Sequence record: LR746137
Strand: one strand, 5' to 3'
DNA: 64,000 nt
From: Escherichia phage vB_EcoM_UP17
Of this stretch, positions 44,362 to 54,249 are shown in pieces (position 1 is the stretch's first letter; each line of letters begins with the position of its first letter). The notes under the pieces are model-generated. The model made no database searches. It saw nothing but the letters and a program-made list of their open reading frames with translations, and was not told the origin of the DNA. The position numbers and the translations under genes were made by a program.

Positions 44362-46428
44362 ATGTCAACTACAATTACTAATTTACCCGAAACATCAAAA
44401 GTTAATGGTTCTGATTACCTGGTTTTAGATCAACCTGATAAGACTGTTAAAAGCACAGTTTCCAACTTTCTTACTGATACTGGGGTGGTTTTAGCCACCC
44501 AGTTGAAAGATACAAATGGAGCAGATTTAATACAATCCTCAAATGGTAATACTGTTCAGGAAGAGTTGAATAACAATCTTCTTAATGATCGTGAACAGTG
44601 GCGGCGTAGTCTTGCCGAGGCTGGGTTAACTCTTGTTGATGGTAGTTTTGAAGAAGGGGCTACAGTGGGCAGTGTAACTGATGCTGTTTGGCACATTGCT
44701 GGTGGACAGTGTTATACATGGGACGGTGCTCTCCCTAAAACTGTTCCTGCTGACTCAACCCCTGAATCATCTGGTGGGGTTGGTGGCAGGAAGTGGGTTA
44801 GTGTTGGTGATGCGTCTTTAAAGACCATGCTTTATGGGTGGCAGGGCTATTCATTCATTGACGGTGGCAACTTATCATTATACAAAAAGAAAGGTATCTT
44901 TGGTGATTCAGGAGCAATTCAAGATAAATACGAAGTAATTAAATATTCTGATGGGTTCTGGTATAAATATAACAACTCATTGCCATTCTCTTATGGTTCA
45001 GCCCCTGATTCCACTTGGACTAACGTAGGTAAGCTGAATGGTTTTGACGAGAATACCCCAGAGAATTTCGGGGCGGTTGTAAATAACAGTACGTATGACT
45101 GCCTGGATGCCATCAACAAGGCAATGGCGACTGGATTTTTACGACTCACTGCTGGTGCTACTTATTTTGTTAGCGATGAAGTTGTTATCCCATCGAATTT
45201 AGTGATGGAAACAAACGGCGCAACCATTAAAGCGATGAGTGGATATTCATGGGGCGGAAAGGCTGTAGTTCGAGCCAGCAAAAAACCAGTAGGAACATCC
45301 CCGGATCTTTCATTGCCTGAACAACAAGTTCGTGGAATTAGGCACATTGGTACATTAAATATTGATGCTAACAATGTTGCGCCTTACGGTTTTTATGGTT
45401 TTGGTGTAGTTGCAGAATCTACCACAGACATTATATATGCTTATAATGCCACAGAAGTTGGAATTGTACTTCTTGGGAGTTGGTATCATAAAGTAAATCA
45501 ATATATGGCAATTGATTGTGCACGAGGTGTATCTTTGGCACATGGTTTCTCCGGTGAAACCGGAGACGTAAACGTTAATGGTGTTGAATTTGGTGTCGTC
45601 GCTGCGTATAACACATCAAAATCTTTGTCCTATGGGTATGATCCGTATTCATCATCTTTAACCCCACAGCTCATAGGTGCCGGTGTCACTCTCGGACAAG
45701 GATTGGCATCAAGAATAGGAACATTAATAGCTGAAACCACAGCAGGCGCTGGTTTAGCTACTGTTAACGCCGTTAGTTGGTCTGTTGGTTCTATGTACTT
45801 CGGAAAATGCAGTGAAGCGCTTGAAGATAGTGCAGAGCCTGATATTGCGATATTATCAACTACAGGAAATGTTGAGGACCACGTATTTGACGTCGGTAAT
45901 ATCCATTTTGGCATAGGGACTGGTATACTGCAAAGAGCAACGGCAAGTGAGTTTCTCAACATCCAATCCATATACCGTATAGACAATAAAAAAACATGGC
46001 ATAGTTCTTCAAAAGCGTCTTCAAGTTTTGTAAATTTCGTAAACTATTACGTTCTCAATCCTTATGATTACGTTAAACCTGCCCAACTGACTACTGACGT
46101 TGGCAAAGAGGTTGTCAGTTCATCGTCAATGCTTAACTTTAAGGATTTTTCAAATACACCAAGTATACCTTTTGTATACACTGGAGGTGAGATAGCGATT
46201 CACGTTTCCATCTCTTCCGGTAGTGTAGTATCTACTGAATTCCAGGTGACTTCTGATTCAGGAATAGAATACATCACATGCACTGGCTCGCCTTTTCAGT
46301 TTAACCTTACGCAGCCGAGGACGGTAGGTAATACCTATACCGTGACGCTAGCAACTGCGCAATCGGCAGCTTCCGGTCAAGGGGCGATACATATACTGAA
46401 ACAAAAACCAAGCCAATGGCTTAGGTAA
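44362..46428 (+). CDS. tailspike with pectate-lyase-like (beta-helix) domain
   Basis: NTPENFGAVVNNSTYDCLDAINKAMA resembles the tailspike Pectate_lyase_3 entry motif; N-terminal region shares the anchor motif YxWxGxxPKxVPAxSTP with two other fibre genes. Confidence 0.45.
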   Translation: MSTTITNLPETSKVNGSDYLVLDQPDKTVKSTVSNFLTDTGVVLATQLKDTNGADLIQSSNGNTVQEELNNNLLNDREQWRRSLAEAGLTLVDGSFEEGATVGSVTDAVWHIAGGQCYTWDGALPKTVPADSTPESSGGVGGRKWVSVGDASLKTMLYGWQGYSFIDGGNLSLYKKKGIFGDSGAIQDKYEVIKYSDGFWYKYNNSLPFSYGSAPDSTWTNVGKLNGFDENTPENFGAVVNNSTYDCLDAINKAMATGFLRLTAGATYFVSDEVVIPSNLVMETNGATIKAMSGYSWGGKAVVRASKKPVGTSPDLSLPEQQVRGIRHIGTLNIDANNVAPYGFYGFGVVAESTTDIIYAYNATEVGIVLLGSWYHKVNQYMAIDCARGVSLAHGFSGETGDVNVNGVEFGVVAAYNTSKSLSYGYDPYSSSLTPQLIGAGVTLGQGLASRIGTLIAETTAGAGLATVNAVSWSVGSMYFGKCSEALEDSAEPDIAILSTTGNVEDHVFDVGNIHFGIGTGILQRATASEFLNIQSIYRIDNKKTWHSSSKASSSFVNFVNYYVLNPYDYVKPAQLTTDVGKEVVSSSSMLNFKDFSNTPSIPFVYTGGEIAIHVSISSGSVVSTEFQVTSDSGIEYITCTGSPFQFNLTQPRTVGNTYTVTLATAQSAASGQGAIHILKQKPSQWLR

Positions 46429-46661
46429 AACAAAACCCCGCTTCGGCGGGGAAATTATAAAGGTACGATCAGGGACTTCATTACGATTCACACAAACTAT
46501 GTCCTGCAAGCGCATGTCATCGCCATGTGATAAAATGATGAAAACATATCGTAGCAGGGTTAATCTTGTCTTTAGTTACTATCGTACTAACTCAAAGTGT
46601 TGTCACTACCACTGCAAGCCCCTCCAAAGAGGGGCTTACTTAGAAAAACAAAGAGGTTGTT

Positions 46662-46811
46662 ATGAATGAAATGTTCTCCCAAGGCGGTATTGCCCCAGGT
46701 ATTACTGCCATTAGTTTTAGTGCTGCTGTACTTGTGCATTCAGCGGGTTCTGTAGACCTTGGGGAATTAACTGTATCTCGTGATTTAAAAAGTAATGAGA
46801 ACGCACTATGA
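46662..46811 (+). CDS. small ORF (49 aa), not in track
   Basis: ATG behind AAAGAGG; ATGA-coupled to the next ORF; mildly hydrophobic core GIAPGITAISFSAAVLV. Confidence 0.25.
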   Translation: MNEMFSQGGIAPGITAISFSAAVLVHSAGSVDLGELTVSRDLKSNENAL

Positions 46812-47050
46812 GAAAGTTTTTAATCGGAATGTTTTGTACTTATCCAAACAACAAAATCAGTTCTACTAAAGTGTGGAACGCACTGGGAATGCTAACCATG
46901 ACAGGCATGTTTATCTTTTTAGGAATAGAAAAAGAAATTCCTGAATGGATGGGTTGGGCTTTTGTTTTCATGATAACTCCTTCTCGCCTCATGAAAAATC
47001 TTATTGATTTACGCTGGGGCAGATCACAATCTACCAAAGAGGATGACTAA
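46808..47050 (+). CDS. small two-TM membrane protein (80 aa)
   Basis: Hydrophobic segments FLIGMFCTY and MTGMFIFLGI...WMGWAFVFMI; stop overlaps the start of the gpJ-like gene. Confidence 0.35.
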   Translation: MRKFLIGMFCTYPNNKISSTKVWNALGMLTMTGMFIFLGIEKEIPEWMGWAFVFMITPSRLMKNLIDLRWGRSQSTKEDD

Positions 47051-48537
47051 TGGACGAATATGGTTTGACAGATGCGGGATTTGTAATCCCGACTTTTGAC
47101 GATGTTTTAAACAATTATATGACAGCAGTAAAAAACACATTTGGTGCAGATGCAGCCACTTCGGAAGATACTGTGATCGGACAACTGTTTAGAATAATTG
47201 CATACACAGATTACACATTGTGGGAAGGTATGCAAGGTGTTTATAATACTCAAACACTGGATGGTGCAGAAGGTATTTATCTTGACGAAATCTTTTCTAA
47301 ACGCGGTTTCTATCGAGCAGGGGCAGCAGCAAGTACAGGTTATGCCTATGTTAAGAGTAATAACAAAGCAGCTTGGACTTATGAGCTAGGCACGGATATT
47401 TACTTCAACTCTGACAGTGATATGAACTACTATGTTAGCACACCAACTATGTTGAATGCTAAGATTGCAGCTTATCAAATCTCTCGTGCTAATGCAACTG
47501 CTACAGGTGTTCCAAATATTACTTTTTATGCACAAAGTGCGGTGGATGGAGGACTAAACAGTAAAACACTTGCACCTGGTTCTTCTACATTTATAACAGA
47601 TCTTGAAACTTTTATCAAGGCAAATTTAACAGAAGCTGATCGTAGTCTTGTATTTTCTGATTCAGGTAACTTATCAATTGGTTTTACTTCTTTAACCAGT
47701 GATACTCCAGTGGGACTAGTAACTCCTATCAAATTTTATGCCAGTGTTCCAGTTGGAACCAAATGGAGTGAAATTCCAGTAGTTGCAGCAGAGAAAGGAT
47801 ACAATCCTGTTGGTGTGGAGTCTATTACAGGGATATCTTCTACCTTTACAGGTTATCTTGACAGTGGTAACTTTTATTCATTTTCTCCTGGTCGGGATGT
47901 TGAGACAGACGCAGAATTCCGCTCTCGTTTCAATGACAACGTTGATGAAGCTAACGCAGGGACACGAGCAGCTATTGTGAAAGCTCTGCTACTTACAGAT
48001 GGTGTTACTAAGGTGAAGATTTATGATAACCCTACATTACATGATCAAGAACATGCTCCAGCTATGACTTTCCAGACTATAGTTTATGGTGGCAGTGCAG
48101 AAGAAATTGCAAATGTTATCTATAAAACCAAACCAATCAACACTTTGACGCACGGAACAACTAACATAACAGTTACAACAGAAGATGGAGGACAAGAAAT
48201 TATTCGCTTCTCTCCTGGTGCTTCTGCTATGTATTCCGTAAAACTTGTTTATCAAACTGTCAACGGAACAACTTTAAGTGGAACAGAAAAACAAAACATC
48301 GTAGAAGCTTTACAAAACCTGCAAGCTTACTTTGAGTTAGGTTCTTCAGTAACGAACGATCAAATCAAAGGTGTTATTTATGCAGCACTTGCTTTTGGAC
48401 GCTTGACTTCTCTTCGTGTTTATGTTAAACTTAATACTGAGGATGACAGTAAATACACAGAGAATAATATAGTTCCTGCTTATAATGTTGTCCCTTCTTT
48501 TGACCTTGATAACATTTCTTACGAGTATGGAGTGTAA
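47050..48537 (+). CDS. baseplate J-like protein
   Basis: GRDVETDAEFRSRF matches the conserved Baseplate_J G.D.E.D...R.R pattern; followed by gpI/H/G-like genes. Confidence 0.5.
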   Translation: MDEYGLTDAGFVIPTFDDVLNNYMTAVKNTFGADAATSEDTVIGQLFRIIAYTDYTLWEGMQGVYNTQTLDGAEGIYLDEIFSKRGFYRAGAAASTGYAYVKSNNKAAWTYELGTDIYFNSDSDMNYYVSTPTMLNAKIAAYQISRANATATGVPNITFYAQSAVDGGLNSKTLAPGSSTFITDLETFIKANLTEADRSLVFSDSGNLSIGFTSLTSDTPVGLVTPIKFYASVPVGTKWSEIPVVAAEKGYNPVGVESITGISSTFTGYLDSGNFYSFSPGRDVETDAEFRSRFNDNVDEANAGTRAAIVKALLLTDGVTKVKIYDNPTLHDQEHAPAMTFQTIVYGGSAEEIANVIYKTKPINTLTHGTTNITVTTEDGGQEIIRFSPGASAMYSVKLVYQTVNGTTLSGTEKQNIVEALQNLQAYFELGSSVTNDQIKGVIYAALAFGRLTSLRVYVKLNTEDDSKYTENNIVPAYNVVPSFDLDNISYEYGV

Positions 48538-48539
48538 AA

Positions 48540-49169
48540 ATGGCAGTGAGTGTTGACCATGTAACAACTTGGGCCAGTATCAATGAAGATGTTAAAAACC
48601 TTCTGATTGAAGATTTTAAATCTTCTCCTAACATTGTCAAGCTCCTCTACATCGTATCCAGTGAAAAGCAAAAGATAGATCAGGCAATGATCTATCTTGC
48701 TAAACACCGCTTGATCTCCACAGCCACAGGCAAATACCTAGATATCTTAGGAGAAGAAATGGGGATCGAACGTAATGGCTCTGATGATGAAGAGTATAGA
48801 ACAATATTAAAAATCAGGGCTTACCGCGTAGCCTCATCGGGGACTCGTGGTGACATAATTGATATCTTCGCCCGTTTCACAGGAACAGAGCGTGAAACGC
48901 TTAATACTTACGTAGGTTTGAATAAAACCTTTGATGTGTTTTTCTACAACCTGTGTCTTCAATCTGATCAAGCTTTAGAGCAGTTGCTAAGTGTTTTCCC
49001 TATTATTAGTAGCTACCGTCTTGGAGCAAAAGCAGGATCAGCTTTTGGTTTTAGTTCTTATTATGCTACCAAACCGCCTCATGGTATTGGTGGTTTAGGT
49101 TCCCTGTACATGGAATCTACTGGGGATGAAACAGGACGCATGTGTACGCTTCTCAAGCAAATAGATTAA
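48540..49169 (+). CDS. baseplate protein, gpI-like position (209 aa)
   Basis: Immediately downstream of the J-like gene. Confidence 0.35.
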   Translation: MAVSVDHVTTWASINEDVKNLLIEDFKSSPNIVKLLYIVSSEKQKIDQAMIYLAKHRLISTATGKYLDILGEEMGIERNGSDDEEYRTILKIRAYRVASSGTRGDIIDIFARFTGTERETLNTYVGLNKTFDVFFYNLCLQSDQALEQLLSVFPIISSYRLGAKAGSAFGFSSYYATKPPHGIGGLGSLYMESTGDETGRMCTLLKQID

Positions 49170-49178
49170 GGAGTTTAA

Positions 49179-50240
49179 ATGGCGAAGCCAATATATTATC
49201 CTGACTGGGCTACACAAACTGTAACGCTCCCAGGAACTTTAAACACAAACAAAATTAGACCTAAAGAAACCATCCGCACAGTTGGTATGGATTATGGTCA
49301 AATCATGACTTGCGAAGAAATGAACTGGATTCTTAATAATATCGGTTTATGGATTCGCTATTTGGTGGATGATTTTCTTCCAACTTTACCTAATACCTAC
49401 TTGCCTTTAGTGGGAACTAAGATTACAATGGCAGGTGATGCTACTGGTGAGGCCACTTGGAACGGTAACAAAGAAGTTACTTTATCTATCCAAGTTCAAG
49501 ATAACAGTCATAATCACTTGTCAGCAAACATTACAGATGCTACTAGTTCAACAGTAACACCAAACGTGTTGGTAAAACGTGATGCGGGTGGTGCTATTTA
49601 TGGTGGCGATGTTTATGTTAACGGTACTTCCACAACAGATCCTGCAACACTGTTCTTCAAAAACTTTGCAGGACAAACAAATGGTGAGATTTCTGCCGAG
49701 TATCAAAGCGGAGGTCAGCTTTACATCTATCGTAGAAATCCTAGCACAGGTAGTGTATCGGCAGGTGTTCGTTTATATGATGCAGGTTATGTTCTAATAG
49801 ATAATCCAAGATCGAACAGTGGACAAGATACTTCTAACGGAAATGCTTTAGTTCGTTTAGATTATCTGAACTCTCGTTTGACTTCCCTTCAGAACACATT
49901 GCAGACGAATATTAACACTGTTCAAAACAACTTGAATAATGTTAACAACAACCTCTCTTCTCGTATAAACAATGTAGAAAGTAATCATCAAAGCCAGATT
50001 ACAAATAACTACAACTATGCTAACGGAACCTTTGTAAGAGATATTCGTTATACTAGCCAAGGTGTGTATTATCCACCAGGGAACGAGGTTTCTTGGACTT
50101 ATATCTGTTCTTCTGGTTATGTTCTTTCTGGTATTATCGTACAGGAAACAGGACGTAGCTCTGCGGATAACATCGGTGGGGTTTACTTCAAACGCCTCCA
50201 GCGCAACGTTAACGGAAACTGGTACGATATTGGAGGCTAA
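49179..50240 (+). CDS. tail fibre protein, gpH-like position (353 aa)
   Basis: Asn/Gln/Thr-rich repetitive shaft (NSRLTSLQNTLQTNINTVQNNLNNVNNNL). Confidence 0.45.
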   Translation: MAKPIYYPDWATQTVTLPGTLNTNKIRPKETIRTVGMDYGQIMTCEEMNWILNNIGLWIRYLVDDFLPTLPNTYLPLVGTKITMAGDATGEATWNGNKEVTLSIQVQDNSHNHLSANITDATSSTVTPNVLVKRDAGGAIYGGDVYVNGTSTTDPATLFFKNFAGQTNGEISAEYQSGGQLYIYRRNPSTGSVSAGVRLYDAGYVLIDNPRSNSGQDTSNGNALVRLDYLNSRLTSLQNTLQTNINTVQNNLNNVNNNLSSRINNVESNHQSQITNNYNYANGTFVRDIRYTSQGVYYPPGNEVSWTYICSSGYVLSGIIVQETGRSSADNIGGVYFKRLQRNVNGNWYDIGG

Positions 50241-50786
50241 ATGATATTTACAAACTTTAAAAAATATATTCCTGAAGACCCTGAACTAAAAGAATTGGTA
50301 GAAGCAGAGAACATTCTTTTTCTTCGTTGCGATCAAGGTTACGATTGGTATGATTTACGTAGCACAGAATTCAATAACGATAAAATGAAAGTCGTTTTTG
50401 ATGATCAAAATCGTATTGTGTTTTGGAATACTGATCCTACACTACTTTGCCCTGAAGATCTTTCTATAGCACAAGTAGACTTTAATATAGATACTTTTGA
50501 GGATATTAGGAACAAGGTTCTGGATTTAGAAACCTTAACTCTTAAGGATAAAGAGTATTCCTGTGAAGAGTTGATGACACAAGCTAGTGCAAAAATTCGC
50601 TCTTTACAAGAAACAGCGGTAGCACTTATAACACCTTTACAGTATGCTAAAGATTTAGAAATGGCTACTGAAGACGAATTAGCTTATCTTAAAAATCTTC
50701 AAGTTTATGTAGTTAAACTAAATCGTGTTCCGCTTCAAAAAGACTATCCTTACGCTATAGATTGGCCTACATTACCGACAGAATAA
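50241..50786 (+). CDS. tail fibre assembly protein candidate (181 aa)
   Basis: Follows the fibre gene as gpG does in P2-like modules. Confidence 0.3.
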   Translation: MIFTNFKKYIPEDPELKELVEAENILFLRCDQGYDWYDLRSTEFNNDKMKVVFDDQNRIVFWNTDPTLLCPEDLSIAQVDFNIDTFEDIRNKVLDLETLTLKDKEYSCEELMTQASAKIRSLQETAVALITPLQYAKDLEMATEDELAYLKNLQVYVVKLNRVPLQKDYPYAIDWPTLPTE

Positions 50787-50795
50787 GGGATCACT

Positions 50796-51131
50796 ATGGA
50801 ATTTCAAGAAGCATGGGGACTTGCAAAGGATGCAATAATCCCTTTAATCGGAGTCATCTGGTTCTTTTTCAAACAAAAAATGGATAAATTCGGCTCTGAT
50901 CTTGAGGAAATGGAGGAGAAAAGTCGAGAGCTAGAGAAGAAGTTGGTCTTTGTTGAATCAACTTATGCAACTAAAGCCGAACTTACCCAGATGCTAAATC
51001 AAATTAACTCTACATTAATGGCAAATAATAACACTCTTGAGCAAAAAATTGAAAAGATTATGGACCTCAAGAATGCGACTATCCAAATGATGCTAGATGA
51101 CATAGTTAAACGTACACAGAATAAGGGGTAA
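50796..51131 (+). CDS. small membrane-anchored coiled-coil protein (111 aa)
   Basis: One N-terminal TM (AIIPLIGVIWFFF) then a charged coiled coil. Confidence 0.3.
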   Translation: MEFQEAWGLAKDAIIPLIGVIWFFFKQKMDKFGSDLEEMEEKSRELEKKLVFVESTYATKAELTQMLNQINSTLMANNNTLEQKIEKIMDLKNATIQMMLDDIVKRTQNKG

Positions 51132-51134
51132 TTA

Positions 51135-54100
51135 ATGGCAACATTCCCAACGTATCCAGCAACGTCTCTTGAACAGGGCGTAGATCTGGTTATTTTCTCG
51201 TCCAATCAACTTCATGATGTTATTAATGGAAGTGCGACAGAAAGTATTGAGACAGAATCAGGGTTGATACCAACCCTGAGAAAAGCCCTTGTTGATAACT
51301 TTTTCTTTAAAAGCCCATTGGATTGGGCGCAAGGCACAAATGAAACGGTTTTTAACCAACTACGTTATTTTCAGAATGGGGTATTGAGCGGTTATTATTA
51401 TGCTCCTAATGCTACATTGGTAAACCCAATCCCTATGCAAGGTACTCCAGTAGGAGATAACAACTGGGTATTGTGGGGATTGAAGACAGAACAATTGGCA
51501 ACAGAAGTCACACCTTGGGTATATTCTGGTGCAACTGGTTATGAAACAGTAATCAGTCCTCCTTACATCTTTGATAGTGCTATTGTTACGATCAATGGTG
51601 TTATTCAGGTTCTGGGGGAAGCTTTCCGTATAGAAGATAGTAAGATCATCTTATCTGAACCTTTGGGACACGATCCTGCAACAGGACTGCCAAACAAGCT
51701 TTTCGCTTATATTGGTAAAATCGTAGCTTCAGCAGATACAGATCCTAATCTAGAGAACCGTCTTGTTAGTTTAGAAACAAAAACGGAAGAACTAACAGAA
51801 AGCATGGATAAAGTCCCTCTGCAAACTATTGCTCGTAAATATGGTTTGTTAGATGGTGAGGTGGCTTACGCAACAGCAGGTCAATCGTTAACAGGGATTA
51901 AAGCTCTGTATGATCCGGTAGCACAGTCTTCCTACACATTACCTCCTAACATCACAGGAACTTTAACATCTTTGTCTGTTTCTGGAGTAATGACTTATTC
52001 TGGAGGGTCTGTAGATCTTTCTGCACTAGCTGTTGAACGTGGACAGTTTGTCCATTTGCCTACAAGCTTTGGTAATAATGTAACTCTGACAGCTAAAAAT
52101 CAGACGATTGGACGTGGTGCTGGTCGTTATCGTTGGGCTGGAAGTTTACCAAAAAGTATTTTGGCCTCTGACACATTAGAGACAAGCGGTGGATTAGGTC
52201 CAAACGCATGGGTTCTAACTAATACGGAAGGACTGTTAACCCCTCGTGGTGGAACATACAACGATTTATTCGATGTTGTCTACTTGTCAGAATTTGCTAA
52301 CAATACAACTACCTATACCACACCAGAAGCAGCTTTCCAGGCGGCACTGTTAGCAGCAAAAGCTTCGAAAAGTAAGATTCTCGATGCTTACGGTTGCGAT
52401 ATGACTTTCACGACAAGCTCTTTTGATATTCAAGGTATCACTTTGCGTGGTGGTGTGTTCCGTGGTCAACGCGACTATCGTGTGCAGAATGCTACAGTAG
52501 AAGGCACAACTTTCCGTAACTCTCGTGTTATGTATTGGGGTGGTGCTGTGCGCATGTTCGATTGTTTGTGGGACGGTGCTCCTCGCGCAGGTCAAGTTGG
52601 TAGCTTGGTATTCCAAGGCAACCCAATATCAGGTACTTTTGAAATTGATAATTGTACTTTTAAAAACGGGTTATATGGCATCCTTCAACAAGGGACAGGA
52701 GAACCAGTAACACGCGGTGTCTTCCGTAACCTTACCTTCATGGACATGCAAGGTGATGCGATAGAACTGAACGTCATCAATAAACATTATGATGATGGTT
52801 GTGTGATTGAGAATATTTACCTGTCTAATATCGATGGGACTAACGCTCCTATTCCTCTGTCCAACTGGGGTATCGGTATCGGTGTAGCTGGTAAAGGACC
52901 ATATGGTTACGGAATCCCTGATGATCAATATTGCAAGAATATTACAATTCGTAACGTTTTTGCAAAACGTTGCCGTCAGATTGTCCACGTAGAAGTTGGT
53001 CGTAATATTTCTATCGAAAACATTCATGGCGATCCAGATCAAACCGTATCTGTTGGGACAGGTTTGGCAACTGGCGCAGTTGTAATGTATGGAAGTAAAG
53101 ATTTTACGATTGACGGTGTTTATGGAGAGCCTAAAACAGACGGTAGCACACTTGCAAGTAATATCCGTATGATTTATTTGGAGTGGGGAACTAACGCAGT
53201 TCTGGACGAAGAGGGTAATCCGGTAGTTCCGGCACAGGGTAGACCTTCAAACCCATGCTTTAACTATTCTGTTCGTAACATTCACACCAAAACTGGGCGT
53301 GTTTTTGCGGGAGTTTCCGCTGGGCCAGGTTATGAAAACAGAGTTAGCTTTGAAAATATTCGTTGCGCTGCATTGCAGTTGTTCGGTATAGCTTCTTGGC
53401 TTTCAATGTCTAACATCACCTGTAATATCTTCGATTGTGTTGGTCAACCTGAATCTGGTCCAGGGACATTTTATGATGGATTCTTCCGTAGAGAAAAATC
53501 TGTTCTTGAAATGGTTAACGTAAACTGTTACCCAGATGGCAAGACGATGGTTACTGGTCGTCCACAGTGGAGCCGTTGCCGTTACTCGGATATTCATCGT
53601 GTCAACTGTAATGTTGAAGCTAATATGTATACCAATATCGCAGGTGGTATTGGAGCTATTGTAGGGACAACGGGCAAAGTTTATTACTTAGAGCCTAATC
53701 CTAGTCGAAACATTGATGGAATGCATTTCCCAACAGGGAAAGAGTTTGACAAAGGTGATATGATAGTCAAGGCGGATAATACGTTCTTCCTTGTAACAAC
53801 AAGTGGGGCATATATTCCAGATATCCCAGCTTTCGGTATTCGAGCTACACAAGCAGGAGATACCTTCCTGACACAGAACTTGACTCCTAACGGGACAGCA
53901 ACAAATGCTTCTTGGTTGTATCATTACCCTCTGTCAGCAGGGACACGTATCCGTATTCCTGGTGCTGGCGTAGGTGGAGCAGATTTGGACACAGTTATTA
54001 CTCGTGCACCTTATCAAGATAATGATACGTGGACTAACCCAGTTAAAATAGACATTGCAGATCCAATTGTAACGCCTACAAGTGCTGGAGTTAGAATTAA

Positions 54101-54188
54101 AACCATACCTAATGATTCCAGTAATGTTTCTGTAGGTAATACTGCGGTTATTCGCCCAACGCCAGTAGTAGATGTGCCAACAACCTAA
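51135..54188 (+). CDS. tailspike with parallel beta-helix-like repeats (1017 aa)
   Basis: Short Asn/Gly-rich repeats (NCTFKNG, FRNLTFMDMQGDAIELN, IENIYLSNIDG); internal anchor motif YRWAGSLPKSILASDTLETSGG. Confidence 0.45.
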   Translation: MATFPTYPATSLEQGVDLVIFSSNQLHDVINGSATESIETESGLIPTLRKALVDNFFFKSPLDWAQGTNETVFNQLRYFQNGVLSGYYYAPNATLVNPIPMQGTPVGDNNWVLWGLKTEQLATEVTPWVYSGATGYETVISPPYIFDSAIVTINGVIQVLGEAFRIEDSKIILSEPLGHDPATGLPNKLFAYIGKIVASADTDPNLENRLVSLETKTEELTESMDKVPLQTIARKYGLLDGEVAYATAGQSLTGIKALYDPVAQSSYTLPPNITGTLTSLSVSGVMTYSGGSVDLSALAVERGQFVHLPTSFGNNVTLTAKNQTIGRGAGRYRWAGSLPKSILASDTLETSGGLGPNAWVLTNTEGLLTPRGGTYNDLFDVVYLSEFANNTTTYTTPEAAFQAALLAAKASKSKILDAYGCDMTFTTSSFDIQGITLRGGVFRGQRDYRVQNATVEGTTFRNSRVMYWGGAVRMFDCLWDGAPRAGQVGSLVFQGNPISGTFEIDNCTFKNGLYGILQQGTGEPVTRGVFRNLTFMDMQGDAIELNVINKHYDDGCVIENIYLSNIDGTNAPIPLSNWGIGIGVAGKGPYGYGIPDDQYCKNITIRNVFAKRCRQIVHVEVGRNISIENIHGDPDQTVSVGTGLATGAVVMYGSKDFTIDGVYGEPKTDGSTLASNIRMIYLEWGTNAVLDEEGNPVVPAQGRPSNPCFNYSVRNIHTKTGRVFAGVSAGPGYENRVSFENIRCAALQLFGIASWLSMSNITCNIFDCVGQPESGPGTFYDGFFRREKSVLEMVNVNCYPDGKTMVTGRPQWSRCRYSDIHRVNCNVEANMYTNIAGGIGAIVGTTGKVYYLEPNPSRNIDGMHFPTGKEFDKGDMIVKADNTFFLVTTSGAYIPDIPAFGIRATQAGDTFLTQNLTPNGTATNASWLYHYPLSAGTRIRIPGAGVGGADLDTVITRAPYQDNDTWTNPVKIDIADPIVTPTSAGVRIKTIPNDSSNVSVGNTAVIRPTPVVDVPTT

Positions 54189-54193
54189 TGGAA

Positions 54194-54212
54194 TAGAGGG
54201 GGAATCCCCCTC
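54194..54212 (+). terminator. hairpin terminator after the tailspike gene
   Basis: AGAGGGGG-AAT-CCCCCTCT followed by a T-rich tract. Confidence 0.4.
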
Positions 54213-54249
54213 TTCTTCCAATAGAATGGTCTAATGATAGGAGAGATAA

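Noticed and set aside
46435-46450. Rho-independent terminator call for the CCCCGC-TTCG-GCGGGG hairpin
   Set aside because: No U-tract follows on the plus strand and there is no minus-strand gene to terminate; reported as a recurring hairpin instead.
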